This document shows positions 47,793 through 56,267 of a DNA stretch of 64,000 bases, in pieces. The first letter of the stretch is position 1; each line of letters begins with the position of its first letter. Source of the DNA: Candidatus Daviesbacteria bacterium (lineage in GTDB: Bacteria; Patescibacteriota; Microgenomatia; Daviesbacterales; UBA10151). The DNA lies in assembly GCA_016176465.1 (NCBI GenBank), contig JACOXD010000003.1, positions 1,824 to 65,823 on the forward strand. The letters are read 5' to 3'. The position numbers were made by a program, and so were the translations under genes. The notes under the pieces were generated by a model, which did no database searches, had not been told where the DNA came from, and worked only from the letters and a program-made list of their open reading frames with translations.

Positions 47793-49739
47793 TTACTTTA
47801 CTCTCAAAGCTGCTTCTTTTGCTTTTAGATAGGCTTCCCAGACTGCATTGACTTTACCTGGATGTACTAACTTGATTTGGTCATTTACCATAATATAATG
47901 ATTCGCTTCTATTAATTTTTTCATTGCTGCGTGAGCCACTACTGGATCAGAGCTTTGTGATTGCTCCACCAACTGATCCAAGTTGTTAATATCTACTGGA
48001 AAATGCGCTCCCTCTGGTAAATGCCCTGCCTCTGCCATCGCTCCCCAATTGTCAATGAAAGTATCTTTATTGGCAAGGATATGTACAGCAAAAGTTTTAG
48101 CATCCTGCGGCCCCCAAGTTATATTATGCCCATGATCTATCAAGATTTGTCCCATGGTATTCCCTTGATGAACTTCTACTATATTGCCCATTTCTGGATG
48201 AGCATCGAAATCTGTAATTTCATTTATCTTGTTCAATATCAAATGCTGTTGGTATAAGTAATCCCTTAAAGCCTCCTTCGCAGTGTCCTGAAGGTGTTGG
48301 GAATAGAATGAGTCTGGAGATTTTAACTTATTTTCTAGGTACTCCTTACCTAAACTTTTTATTTCTTCAAAATTATCAAGATCGGGATTAGATGTATCCT
48401 CAGCTGCCTGTATAAGGTTTGCTCCAGCACTAGCTCTTAACTGCCCATAAGTATCCTGCCAGATTTGAGAGTAAGCTTCATTAGAGATTTGATCTGGAAC
48501 CATTCCTTTGGCTCTAATAGTTTCATCAACTATTTTATTAACTGTCTGAAAATTAGCCCTAGCTAACTCATCTTTTGCCTGAGCAAATTCAGGACTTTTA
48601 ATCATTTCTTTAACTGCTTCTGTTTCCGATGGAGTAAGAGCATCTTTATCTGGGTCAATAAGAGCTCCTGAGGTACCCACATTCTCATCTACTGGAGCAC
48701 CTTGGCCTACTACTTCATGAGGTTCGCTTATACCACTTCCTAACCTGCCTAAACTTTCCCTAACGCTAATTTGAGTTTCAGGAGCAGCGGGCACGGGTTC
48801 TGGAACATTAGGAAATTTAGGTGTTTCAGCCAATTCCCTTATAGGAGTAGTCACTGGAGTTGGTGTACCTTCAATAGTTGGTGTGGTTGGAGGAGTAGCA
48901 CTTTCAGTAGGAACTGGAGTTTCTACAGTAGTCGGAGTACTTTCAGGAGTTGGTGTATTCTCCAAAGCTTCTGCAGTAACAGTATCTGTAGGTTCTGGTG
49001 TGAGAGTAGCTGGCACTGTAGCAGTTGATGTAGCTTCAGGGGAAGGAGTGGCCTCTGGGGTAGGGGTTGCATCAGCAACAGTCTCAGAACTAGACCCTAT
49101 TGAACGAATGCTTCTTAATAAATTTCCTCCACTGTCCATTACATTTTGAAGTACATTACCAGGAGAAGGGAGGGAAACTTTTGGTAGTCTTTCTGCTGCG
49201 ACAGCCAAATTAATTCTAGAGATATACTCACTAATAGGAACACTTAAACCCATCTCAGCACTAATCTCTGGAGCAACAGCTGCAAAAACTCCCTCAATTG
49301 AAACTAAAGCAGCTCCTGCTGAAACTCCCAAAGCAAATTCTTTTAGATGGTGTGCAACTTTAGGATGGCTACTCTCAAGTACGCTTATCTTACTTAACAC
49401 TCCTCTTTCGCTTGCAAATACTGCTCCACTTAAAGCAAGCCTAAGACCAGTTCTTGCCAAAGGACTACCATTAAGCAAAACGCCACTCCCTACTCCAATG
49501 CCATATCCCACTCCCCAGGAATACCTACCTTCAGTAAATACTTTACGGGGAGCATCTAGAGGATTTGCATTTTGGGCCCATTTACCTAAACCTCTAGCAA
49601 AAGCTTTGCCAATACCGGCTGCAGAAATTCCTCTTCTTTCTGCTATAGGATTTTGGGCGGCATTTTCTGCTTCTATTTGGGCTGCAAAATTACCCCAGTC
49701 ATCTGCTCCTGGATTTGGCGCTTCTGCTGTTCTTGCCAT
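47793..49739 (-). CDS. large hypothetical protein with a Thr/Pro-rich low-complexity linker
   Basis: 648 aa. Gly-rich hydrophobic N-terminal region (GVGYGIGVGSGVLL...), a central (TPxPE)n linker, and a C-terminal domain with an HQGNTMGQILIDHGHNITWG motif of unknown function. Confidence 0.5.
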   Translation of the reverse strand: MARTAEAPNPGADDWGNFAAQIEAENAAQNPIAERRGISAAGIGKAFARGLGKWAQNANPLDAPRKVFTEGRYSWGVGYGIGVGSGVLLNGSPLARTGLRLALSGAVFASERGVLSKISVLESSHPKVAHHLKEFALGVSAGAALVSIEGVFAAVAPEISAEMGLSVPISEYISRINLAVAAERLPKVSLPSPGNVLQNVMDSGGNLLRSIRSIGSSSETVADATPTPEATPSPEATSTATVPATLTPEPTDTVTAEALENTPTPESTPTTVETPVPTESATPPTTPTIEGTPTPVTTPIRELAETPKFPNVPEPVPAAPETQISVRESLGRLGSGISEPHEVVGQGAPVDENVGTSGALIDPDKDALTPSETEAVKEMIKSPEFAQAKDELARANFQTVNKIVDETIRAKGMVPDQISNEAYSQIWQDTYGQLRASAGANLIQAAEDTSNPDLDNFEEIKSLGKEYLENKLKSPDSFYSQHLQDTAKEALRDYLYQQHLILNKINEITDFDAHPEMGNIVEVHQGNTMGQILIDHGHNITWGPQDAKTFAVHILANKDTFIDNWGAMAEAGHLPEGAHFPVDINNLDQLVEQSQSSDPVVAHAAMKKLIEANHYIMVNDQIKLVHPGKVNAVWEAYLKAKEAALRVK

Positions 49740-49789
49740 AATTTGCTTCCTATCTATAAATTACTATATACTAATGATACAGTATTCAT

Positions 49790-52700
49790 ATGGCTATGGC
49801 AAATGAAACCCAACATGAAGGAGAAAGTATTCAACCTCCTGTGTTTACAGAGGTGATGAGTAGTATCGGTGAAAAAATTAGTGCAGGGATTACTGATCAA
49901 AATGCTGCTTCTTTATTAAAAGATGTGTTAAATTTAGATCAAACTTTTCTACCTAATGGCAATAAAGCTACAACCAATGAAAAAGTACTAGCAAGAATAA
50001 GAGAGCCTCTATCTGGAAACCCAAGTGTTTTAAAAGAATTGGGAAAAAGGGGCTCAACAGCTATCTCTCTTGATCAATTGAGGCAAGTTGTTCGTCTTGC
50101 TGAAATTTTAGATATTAAAAATTTAGATGAATATCCCGGATTACTTGCAGCAATTAAAAGAGATATTGCTAGGGAGGAGTCTGCTCAAACTTCTCCTTCC
50201 CAAGCACATAAAGCAGCTATTCCCATTACCCCAGCTGAACCAGTTGTTACTTCTGCTTCTGAATTAAAACTAGAAGAATATTTATTACAAGAACTATTTA
50301 GGGAAGCTGCTCAACAAATAACAGAAAATGGTAGAGCAGAAATTCCTGCAAGTACTAAAATGCTTGGATGGTTAGTAGATGGAGCCTTAACAAGAGCTCT
50401 TGAAGAAAGAAGTATCCAACTTAGAGAACACTATGTTGATGCTTTTATTTTAGATCCTAAAACCCCTGGATTAATAAGATTTCAAACTAATATAGAGATG
50501 CAGAAACCTAATAAAATCATCAATTTAGATTTCGATGCCGTGATATCAGGAGCAAACTTAAGCGCAATATATTTCGTAAGTGATAAGGTAAGACAAGGAG
50601 TGCTTAGTAGAATAGCTAAACCATTTTTTAAAGACAGGTTTACAGAAGAACAGGAAATAAAGGAGATGCTTAGAACTAGGAAAGAAGCAAGAGCAAGTGG
50701 CGAAACTCCTCCCCTTCATAAAATTGTAGAATACTATCTTGCTTATCAATTCCAAAATTTGGGAGTAAAATTTGCTGGTTTGCAACTTAGGTGGGAAGGC
50801 CGACAATTAAAACTAATTTTTCAAGGCTCTGATTTATCTTCTACTATAGATGTCCCTGCTGATAGAGGTTCAACTAGGTTGGGGATCCCAGAAGATGGTT
50901 CTAGGGTTGTATTAGCTGATGCTACATCCCCTGAAGCAATATCTTCTCCTGCAGAAGAGGTTGAAGTGATTCCAGAAAATGTTAGAAAAATTATTGAGGA
51001 TTTAAGGAGTGCATACAAGGCTTATAATGATGCCTACTCCACTCAACCTGGAACGCAAACAGAGGAAGCCCTAGCAGATGTTCGTACCAAAGAAAGAGAG
51101 CTTAGTGAGGCATTAGGTTTAACAGGTGCTGAAAGTTATAAAGAGGTTGAGCTACTAAAAAAACTAGAATTGGAAGCTAAATATAATGATCTAGCATTAA
51201 CAGACACGAATAGAACATCTACATACCCTAATCCTCACTTAATCCTTGAGCTTTTTTCAGGTGCCCCCAATTACCTACGGCAAGCTGCTGCAGATTACTT
51301 CCAACATGCTAAATTGGCCACTCCTGCGGAGCACAGTGCCCAACTTGAGGAAGATTTAATGAAAATAGAAAAACTAACTAAACAGGCTGCAGTTGATATG
51401 GCCAAAAGAGCTGGTAGAGTGATAGGCGATATACTTTCATGGCGTATGTCAGTAGGACCATCATTTGATTATGACCAGGCCTTACGTAGATCAGACACTA
51501 TTCCCGAGCAGATAATAGCACTTTTTAAAGCTAAAAATAAAGCGGAATATAATAAGCTTAAACCAGCAGTAGATTTACAACAAGCAGTGAATGAGTTTAT
51601 TGATAGCTTAGCCAATCGAGCGCTACTTCGATTAGAATCCACCAATTTTCACTACCGGGATTTAATTGATCCATTTGAGAGTCATCAAGGACACGTTATT
51701 AAACTATTTGGTTGGATTAGAGATTCATATGGAGACCTAAAAACATATCCTCCCGAGTCCGATAATTATAATAATATTAAAAAAGGTATTAGAGCAGATG
51801 AGGAACAAATTTTAAATATCCTAGGTGTTACAATGCACCCTGAATATAGACAGCTTCTGTATGCTCATATAGGAGTTTTGCAGAAAATCTCTGAAGATAC
51901 TCCTCAAGAAAAATCTAATAAAGAACTTAATGATAAGTATACAAAAGCCTTAGAAAATTATAAAAAACTTCTTTTATCTGATAGTCCAAATTTTAAGAAT
52001 GTAGCTAGAGCTTTAAAGGTTGCCAGTATGGCCAGGATGAGAATGGAAAACGAGATGATGGAACGGGCTTTAGCTGCTCCAACACTCCGAGATGAATATA
52101 ATAGTGCTGATGGCGCTCGAAGGGCAGTTTTAGAAGATGAGTTAAGTACTCTTCTAGGATTATCCCCTGAAGATAATGGAAGAAGAATACACGAATTATA
52201 TATGCAATATAAATCTACAATTTTTAAAACTTTTGATCTCTCAGCTGAAATACCAATCCCTCCTGATGATTTTACAGGAAGGTTATTTAAGAAAGACACC
52301 GGAACTACAGATGCCTTTTTCAGATATCAATACATCTCAAAGAATATACTAGCTTTGCAAGCACAAGGAATAGAAGTATCGGATGAAGAATTGGCAGAAT
52401 ATCAAAGGGTTTTAGAAGAGCTAATAAATCTTTTTTATTTTGAAGCTGATGTTTCAGGAAGGCCTATATACTACAAACAAGGTGGGGAGTGGGCTGGTCA
52501 AGATTTAGTTGCAGCTATTGAGGGAGGAGAAAGTGAAGAAATGATCAAAACACTCTACATTAGGAGAAACCAGAGTATGATTAGGTTTTATCAGGAATTA
52601 TTAGATCAATCTACCTCCACAAAAATTAATGAGTACTTAAAAAATTTAGCACATGATGCAGGATTAGAATTTAGAACCTCAAGTATCCCTGGCCAACCAG

Positions 52701-53308
52701 CAAAATTAGTGGAGCTCCCTCCTTTGCCACAGCCCATTGTTGTGCCCCCACAAGCTCCAGCAATCGAACCTGCTCCAGCTGAGAGGAGATTGGATATTGA
52801 TATTGTTAATGTCATCAGCCAACTTGGAAAGCTTTATAAGGGTAAATCTGCAAAAACCTTGGAAGAAAGAGAGCAGCTGGAAGATCAAATTGCCAAATCC
52901 TTTGGGTTTGATGCAGACCGCGGATATCGCTCTTTGGTTGAGACCCTCAAATATCTCACGGACTTAATATCTTCTCGGGGATTAAAATTACCTAAGGCAA
53001 ACGAAGATTTAGGAATAATGTTTGTTACAAATAGAGATGAATATCTATCTTTGTTAGAGCAGGTTATACAGAAATTAGAAAAAAATGAGGATATTAAGCA
53101 AGATATACCACTTTTAGTAGGGGCTTTGCGAGATAGAAATTATGCTTTCCTTGCCAGAGAAATCGACAGATATGAACGTGCACTTCCCCCTGAGGAAAGA
53201 GAAAGGCTAATCACTGCTGGCATACTTCCTACACCAGCCGCAGTTTTATCTGAAAGTGGCTTTGTTCTAGGTAATGCCCACTTAGGTGAGCCTCAATCAG
53301 GAGAATAA
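49790..53308 (+). CDS. very large hypothetical protein (1172 aa), predominantly helical
   Basis: Uninterrupted ORF with no TM segments, signal peptide or catalytic motifs. Divergent from the 648-aa gene. Confidence 0.5.
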   Translation: MAMANETQHEGESIQPPVFTEVMSSIGEKISAGITDQNAASLLKDVLNLDQTFLPNGNKATTNEKVLARIREPLSGNPSVLKELGKRGSTAISLDQLRQVVRLAEILDIKNLDEYPGLLAAIKRDIAREESAQTSPSQAHKAAIPITPAEPVVTSASELKLEEYLLQELFREAAQQITENGRAEIPASTKMLGWLVDGALTRALEERSIQLREHYVDAFILDPKTPGLIRFQTNIEMQKPNKIINLDFDAVISGANLSAIYFVSDKVRQGVLSRIAKPFFKDRFTEEQEIKEMLRTRKEARASGETPPLHKIVEYYLAYQFQNLGVKFAGLQLRWEGRQLKLIFQGSDLSSTIDVPADRGSTRLGIPEDGSRVVLADATSPEAISSPAEEVEVIPENVRKIIEDLRSAYKAYNDAYSTQPGTQTEEALADVRTKERELSEALGLTGAESYKEVELLKKLELEAKYNDLALTDTNRTSTYPNPHLILELFSGAPNYLRQAAADYFQHAKLATPAEHSAQLEEDLMKIEKLTKQAAVDMAKRAGRVIGDILSWRMSVGPSFDYDQALRRSDTIPEQIIALFKAKNKAEYNKLKPAVDLQQAVNEFIDSLANRALLRLESTNFHYRDLIDPFESHQGHVIKLFGWIRDSYGDLKTYPPESDNYNNIKKGIRADEEQILNILGVTMHPEYRQLLYAHIGVLQKISEDTPQEKSNKELNDKYTKALENYKKLLLSDSPNFKNVARALKVASMARMRMENEMMERALAAPTLRDEYNSADGARRAVLEDELSTLLGLSPEDNGRRIHELYMQYKSTIFKTFDLSAEIPIPPDDFTGRLFKKDTGTTDAFFRYQYISKNILALQAQGIEVSDEELAEYQRVLEELINLFYFEADVSGRPIYYKQGGEWAGQDLVAAIEGGESEEMIKTLYIRRNQSMIRFYQELLDQSTSTKINEYLKNLAHDAGLEFRTSSIPGQPAKLVELPPLPQPIVVPPQAPAIEPAPAERRLDIDIVNVISQLGKLYKGKSAKTLEEREQLEDQIAKSFGFDADRGYRSLVETLKYLTDLISSRGLKLPKANEDLGIMFVTNRDEYLSLLEQVIQKLEKNEDIKQDIPLLVGALRDRNYAFLAREIDRYERALPPEERERLITAGILPTPAAVLSESGFVLGNAHLGEPQSGE

Positions 53309-53319
53309 TTAATTTTTTG

Positions 53320-53636
53320 TTGCGGGGGTTGGATTCGAACCAACGACCTCGAGATTATGCCTAGATATCTAGTTAGACTATACCTTCACCCCGATGTTAT
53401 ATATCGGGGGCTCGGCGTTTAATGGGAGTTTATATTCCAAAATATTTGGTACCTTCCATATAAGCAAAGCTTGATGCTTCGCATTAAGTCGTTACGGGGT
53501 CCGATGTTACATCGGACTTCCCACGGTATTATCCTTTAACTTAAGATTTCACCGTTATGAGCCGAGTTATCATTAAAGATTACTCTCTAATGAGCCCAAT
53601 TTTGAGCCTCGCGAGCTACCACTGCTCTACCCCGCG
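53320..53636 (-). tRNA. initiator tRNA-fMet (CAU) interrupted by a group I intron (exon 1 = 53605..53636; exon 2 = 53320..53359)
   Basis: Exon 1 CGCGGGG-UA-GAGC-AGUGGUA-GCUC-G-CGAGG-CU and exon 2 CAUAA-UCUCG-AGGUC-GUUGG-UUCGAAU-CCAAC-CCCCGCA-A fold into a cloverleaf. C1·A72 mismatch (initiator hallmark), U8, canonical T-loop. Confidence 0.65.
53360..53604 (-). other. group I self-splicing intron (~245 nt) in the anticodon loop of tRNA-fMet, between positions 33 and 34
   Basis: 5' exon ends in U. The intron starts CAAAAUUGGGCUC, an IGS-like sequence complementary to exon GAGGCU. P7-like pair GACUUAAUG ... GGUAUAGUC. Hairpins UCCGAUGUAACAUCGGA and CCCCGAUAUAUAACAUCGGGG. Terminal hairpin CUAGAUAUCUAG then omega-G. 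No ORF inside. Confidence 0.6.
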
Positions 53637-53675
53637 GTATAAGCTTTGACAGTATACAGGAATAAGGTATTGTTT

Positions 53676-54032
53676 TCAATAGAAGCCAAATAATTTTAGC
53701 CAGCCCTGCCAATTAGATAGTTTAATTTCTTCTTTCCCTTTATTTAAACTCAAAACCTTTTTCACCTCAGATTCGGGAATTATTACTATAACCTCATTTT
53801 CCTTGGCTAAACCAAGCTTATCGCGAGCCTGCTCCTCAATAAAATCTAACCTTTGGGTATCTTTTAATTTTTCCTTTAATAACCTATTTTCCTGCTGCAG
53901 CCTAACTAAGCGCTCAGTAGTAGTATCAAGCCTATCTCCAGCCTGCAATGCTCCTATAATCTGCCTTCCCAGACTGATTATTACTAAGATTATGAGCAAA
54001 GTTATGACAATAATTACTGCTTTTCTAATCAT
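53676..54032 (-). CDS. septum-formation initiator family protein (FtsB/DivIC-like)
   Basis: Single N-terminal TM, a coiled coil (LQQENRLLKEKL), then the FIEEQARDKLGLAKENEVIV motif. Confidence 0.55.
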   Translation of the reverse strand: MIRKAVIIVITLLIILVIISLGRQIIGALQAGDRLDTTTERLVRLQQENRLLKEKLKDTQRLDFIEEQARDKLGLAKENEVIVIIPESEVKKVLSLNKGKEEIKLSNWQGWLKLFGFY

Positions 54033-54063
54033 CTTTTTACCCTTAAGTTGCTAAACTTGCTGC

Positions 54064-55005
54064 TTGACAATAATATCCTTTTTTAATATTATATGGGATA
54101 ATAGATACATAAGTATGGTTACTCTGCGTGATGCCCATCAACAATTTATTGGCCATTTAAAGGGGCGCTCACGTGCCTCAGCTACTATCTTAGCTTATGG
54201 TAAGGATATTGAGCAACTCGTCTCCTATTTAGTCGAACAAGGCAAACAAAATGCCCAGGATATTATCTTAGAGGATTTGAATGCCTTCATGGCTAAACTC
54301 TCTAAAGAAGGCTATACCGCTAAATCAATCTCCAGGAAGACTAATTCCACAAAAACTTTCTTTAAATTCTTAAAAACTTCTAATTTAATTGAAAATGATC
54401 CAGCCGGCGCACTTGAGCATCCAAAATTTGAGAATAAACCTCCCAGAATTTTATCTAAATTAGAATATCGAGCGCTAAGAGATGCAGCCAGAGGGGATCT
54501 TCGAATTTTTGCCATTATTGAGCTACTTTTGCAAACCGGGATTAGAATTGGAGAACTAGCCCAACTTAGTGTAGATGATTTGGATTTATCCTCTGATTCC
54601 CCCACTCTTCATGTCCCAGAAGGTGAAGGCAGCAATGCCAGAGATATTCCACTTAATAAACCAGCAGTTGAAGCAGTACAAAAGTATTTAGAGGTTAGGC
54701 CTAAAACTCCAAATGATAGAAGCTCATCTTTGACTAAAGCATTATTTGTAACCAAAACAGGAAGGCCCTTACTTGTTAGAAATATAAGAACTGCAATTGA
54801 TAGATACTTTAAGTTAGCAGGGATAAAAGATGCTAAGGTAAATGATTTAAGACATACTTGGGTAGCTCATCATTTAGAGGCTGGCACTTCTTTGACTTTA
54901 ATCTCCAAACTAGCTGGGCATAAAAGAGTTTCTACTACTGAAAGATACCTACAATTTATCCAAAACCGCTCAACTGATAGCAAAGTAAAGCTAGAAGAAC
55001 TCTGA
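54064..55005 (+). CDS. tyrosine-type site-specific recombinase/integrase
   Basis: C-terminal catalytic region LRHTWVAHHLEAGTSLTLISKLAGHKRVSTTERYLQ (R...HxxR...Y), plus an N-terminal SAM-like domain. Confidence 0.8.
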   Translation: MTIISFFNIIWDNRYISMVTLRDAHQQFIGHLKGRSRASATILAYGKDIEQLVSYLVEQGKQNAQDIILEDLNAFMAKLSKEGYTAKSISRKTNSTKTFFKFLKTSNLIENDPAGALEHPKFENKPPRILSKLEYRALRDAARGDLRIFAIIELLLQTGIRIGELAQLSVDDLDLSSDSPTLHVPEGEGSNARDIPLNKPAVEAVQKYLEVRPKTPNDRSSSLTKALFVTKTGRPLLVRNIRTAIDRYFKLAGIKDAKVNDLRHTWVAHHLEAGTSLTLISKLAGHKRVSTTERYLQFIQNRSTDSKVKLEEL

Positions 55006-55107
55006 AATGGAACGCATTATTTGCCCACTTAATCGTAGTGCAGATTGTATACAAGTTCACACCCTCAGGGTGGGTTACGTTCACACCTTACTATACTAAT
55101 ACCCTAC

Positions 55108-55139
55108 TGGCGGACCCGGACTCGATCGAACCAGGAACC
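55108..55139 (-). repeat. degenerate duplicate of the tRNA-Ile 3' half (att-like direct repeat)
   Basis: ggcggacccggactcgatcgaaccaggaacc is near-identical to ggcggacctggactcgaaccaggaacc at 55444..55471, apart from a small internal insertion. It lies 100 bp downstream of the integrase gene. Confidence 0.5.
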
Positions 55140-55157
55140 AACCCTGCACTATAATAA

Positions 55158-55424
55158 CTAAACTGAATAGACTAATGTTCCTGGTTTGGTGGGCTGTGAA
55201 ACTTTTAGACCAAAGGAGTCACCTTTTTTAACAGAGTCTACCTGTTGATGATCAACTTGTAGTGATTCCACATTTTGATTAAACTCTTCCTCTTCCCCTC
55301 TTTTAAACTTTAGCTTATCTCCCACTTTTAATCCTCCAGAATCTAAATCTATAATTGCTACTCCTAATTTGTCATAGTAGTGGGTAACTTTACCTATTTG
55401 TTTATCCAAATTTCTCACCCCCAA
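55158..55424 (-). CDS. small hypothetical protein (beta-barrel-like)
   Basis: 88-aa ORF lying between the tRNA-fragment repeat and the intact tRNA. Confidence 0.3.
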   Translation of the reverse strand: MGVRNLDKQIGKVTHYYDKLGVAIIDLDSGGLKVGDKLKFKRGEEEEFNQNVESLQVDHQQVDSVKKGDSFGLKVSQPTKPGTLVYSV

Positions 55425-55442
55425 TCAAAATAGAGCCTGTTG

Positions 55443-55516
55443 TGGGCGGACCTGGACTCGAACCAGGAACCGGAAATGTATAAGATTTCTGCGCTAACCA
55501 ATTGCGCCATCCGCCC
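55443..55516 (-). tRNA. tRNA-Ile (anticodon UAU)
   Basis: Clean cloverleaf. Acceptor GGGCGGA/UCCGCCC. D-arm GCGC-AAUUGGUUA-GCGC. Anticodon stem GAAAU/AUUUC with loop CUUAUAC (U33, anticodon UAU, A37). T-loop UUCGAGU. A73. Confidence 0.75.
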
Positions 55517-55525
55517 TACCAGGGG

Positions 55526-56230
55526 CTAATTATACCAAAAGATTTCATCTTTAACTCCATAATAATTTGATACAGCTTTTATAGACATAGCTATTTTCTC
55601 ACTTAAATTAACCCTATGCGTATAAATCTGACATGTACCATACCCAAAGCTTTTATATATTAAACCTTCTCTAGTTGAGTCTTTAATATAAGGTCCTCCA
55701 AATTGATTTTTTGGCAAGTTTAAATGGTTTGACCAGAAATTAGTGACTTCTTCAAAATTCATATCTTTATAAATGTGTAGGCGTACTTTTATGGAGTTTT
55801 TTGGAACACCCAAAACCTTAGTCATCCAATATAGCGCAAACTTAATAACTCTTGGGTCCGTATTACTAATCGAGAATCTTCCATGTTTTTTCTCTCCCTC
55901 ACCCCAATACAAAAATACCCCTGCCAAAAAAAGCTCTTTTTTAGACAAAGGTAATAATTCTTTAACTTGTTTTTCAAAAACCTGCTTCAATCTAAATAAT
56001 CGCTTACTCTTGAACGTTTCAATAAACTTTTCTCTTGATAAATCTCTAGATAACATTTTGTTTTTTAGAAGTTTTACCTGTTGAGTTTTGTTTAAAGGAA
56101 GTCTTTTTAACCAATCACTTAATGTACTTTTGGAAACACCTAATTCTTTTTTAATTTGACCATAGGTTTTTCCTCTTAATCGAAGTTTAATCGCCTGCTC
56201 ACGAAGAAATATTTTAGACATCGTACCCAT
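55526..56230 (-). CDS. HTH-domain protein (possible LAGLIDADG-like C-terminal region)
   Basis: N-terminal HTH (YGQIKKELGVSKSTLSDWLKRL). C-terminal FLAGVFLYWGEGEKKHGRF only loosely resembles the LAGLIDADG core. Confidence 0.45.
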   Translation of the reverse strand: MGTMSKIFLREQAIKLRLRGKTYGQIKKELGVSKSTLSDWLKRLPLNKTQQVKLLKNKMLSRDLSREKFIETFKSKRLFRLKQVFEKQVKELLPLSKKELFLAGVFLYWGEGEKKHGRFSISNTDPRVIKFALYWMTKVLGVPKNSIKVRLHIYKDMNFEEVTNFWSNHLNLPKNQFGGPYIKDSTREGLIYKSFGYGTCQIYTHRVNLSEKIAMSIKAVSNYYGVKDEIFWYN

Positions 56231-56267
56231 AGATTGTATCCCCCAAGACAGTCAATGTAAAGTACAA

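Noticed and set aside
53360-53604. Homing-endonuclease ORF inside the group I intron
   Set aside because: The intron is only ~245 nt and contains no ORF longer than a few codons in any frame.
55108-55139. Second tRNA gene upstream of tRNA-Ile
   Set aside because: Only the T-arm and 3' acceptor region are present, no complementary 5' acceptor strand exists nearby, and an internal insertion disrupts the T-loop. It is interpreted as an att-type partial duplicate, not a tRNA.
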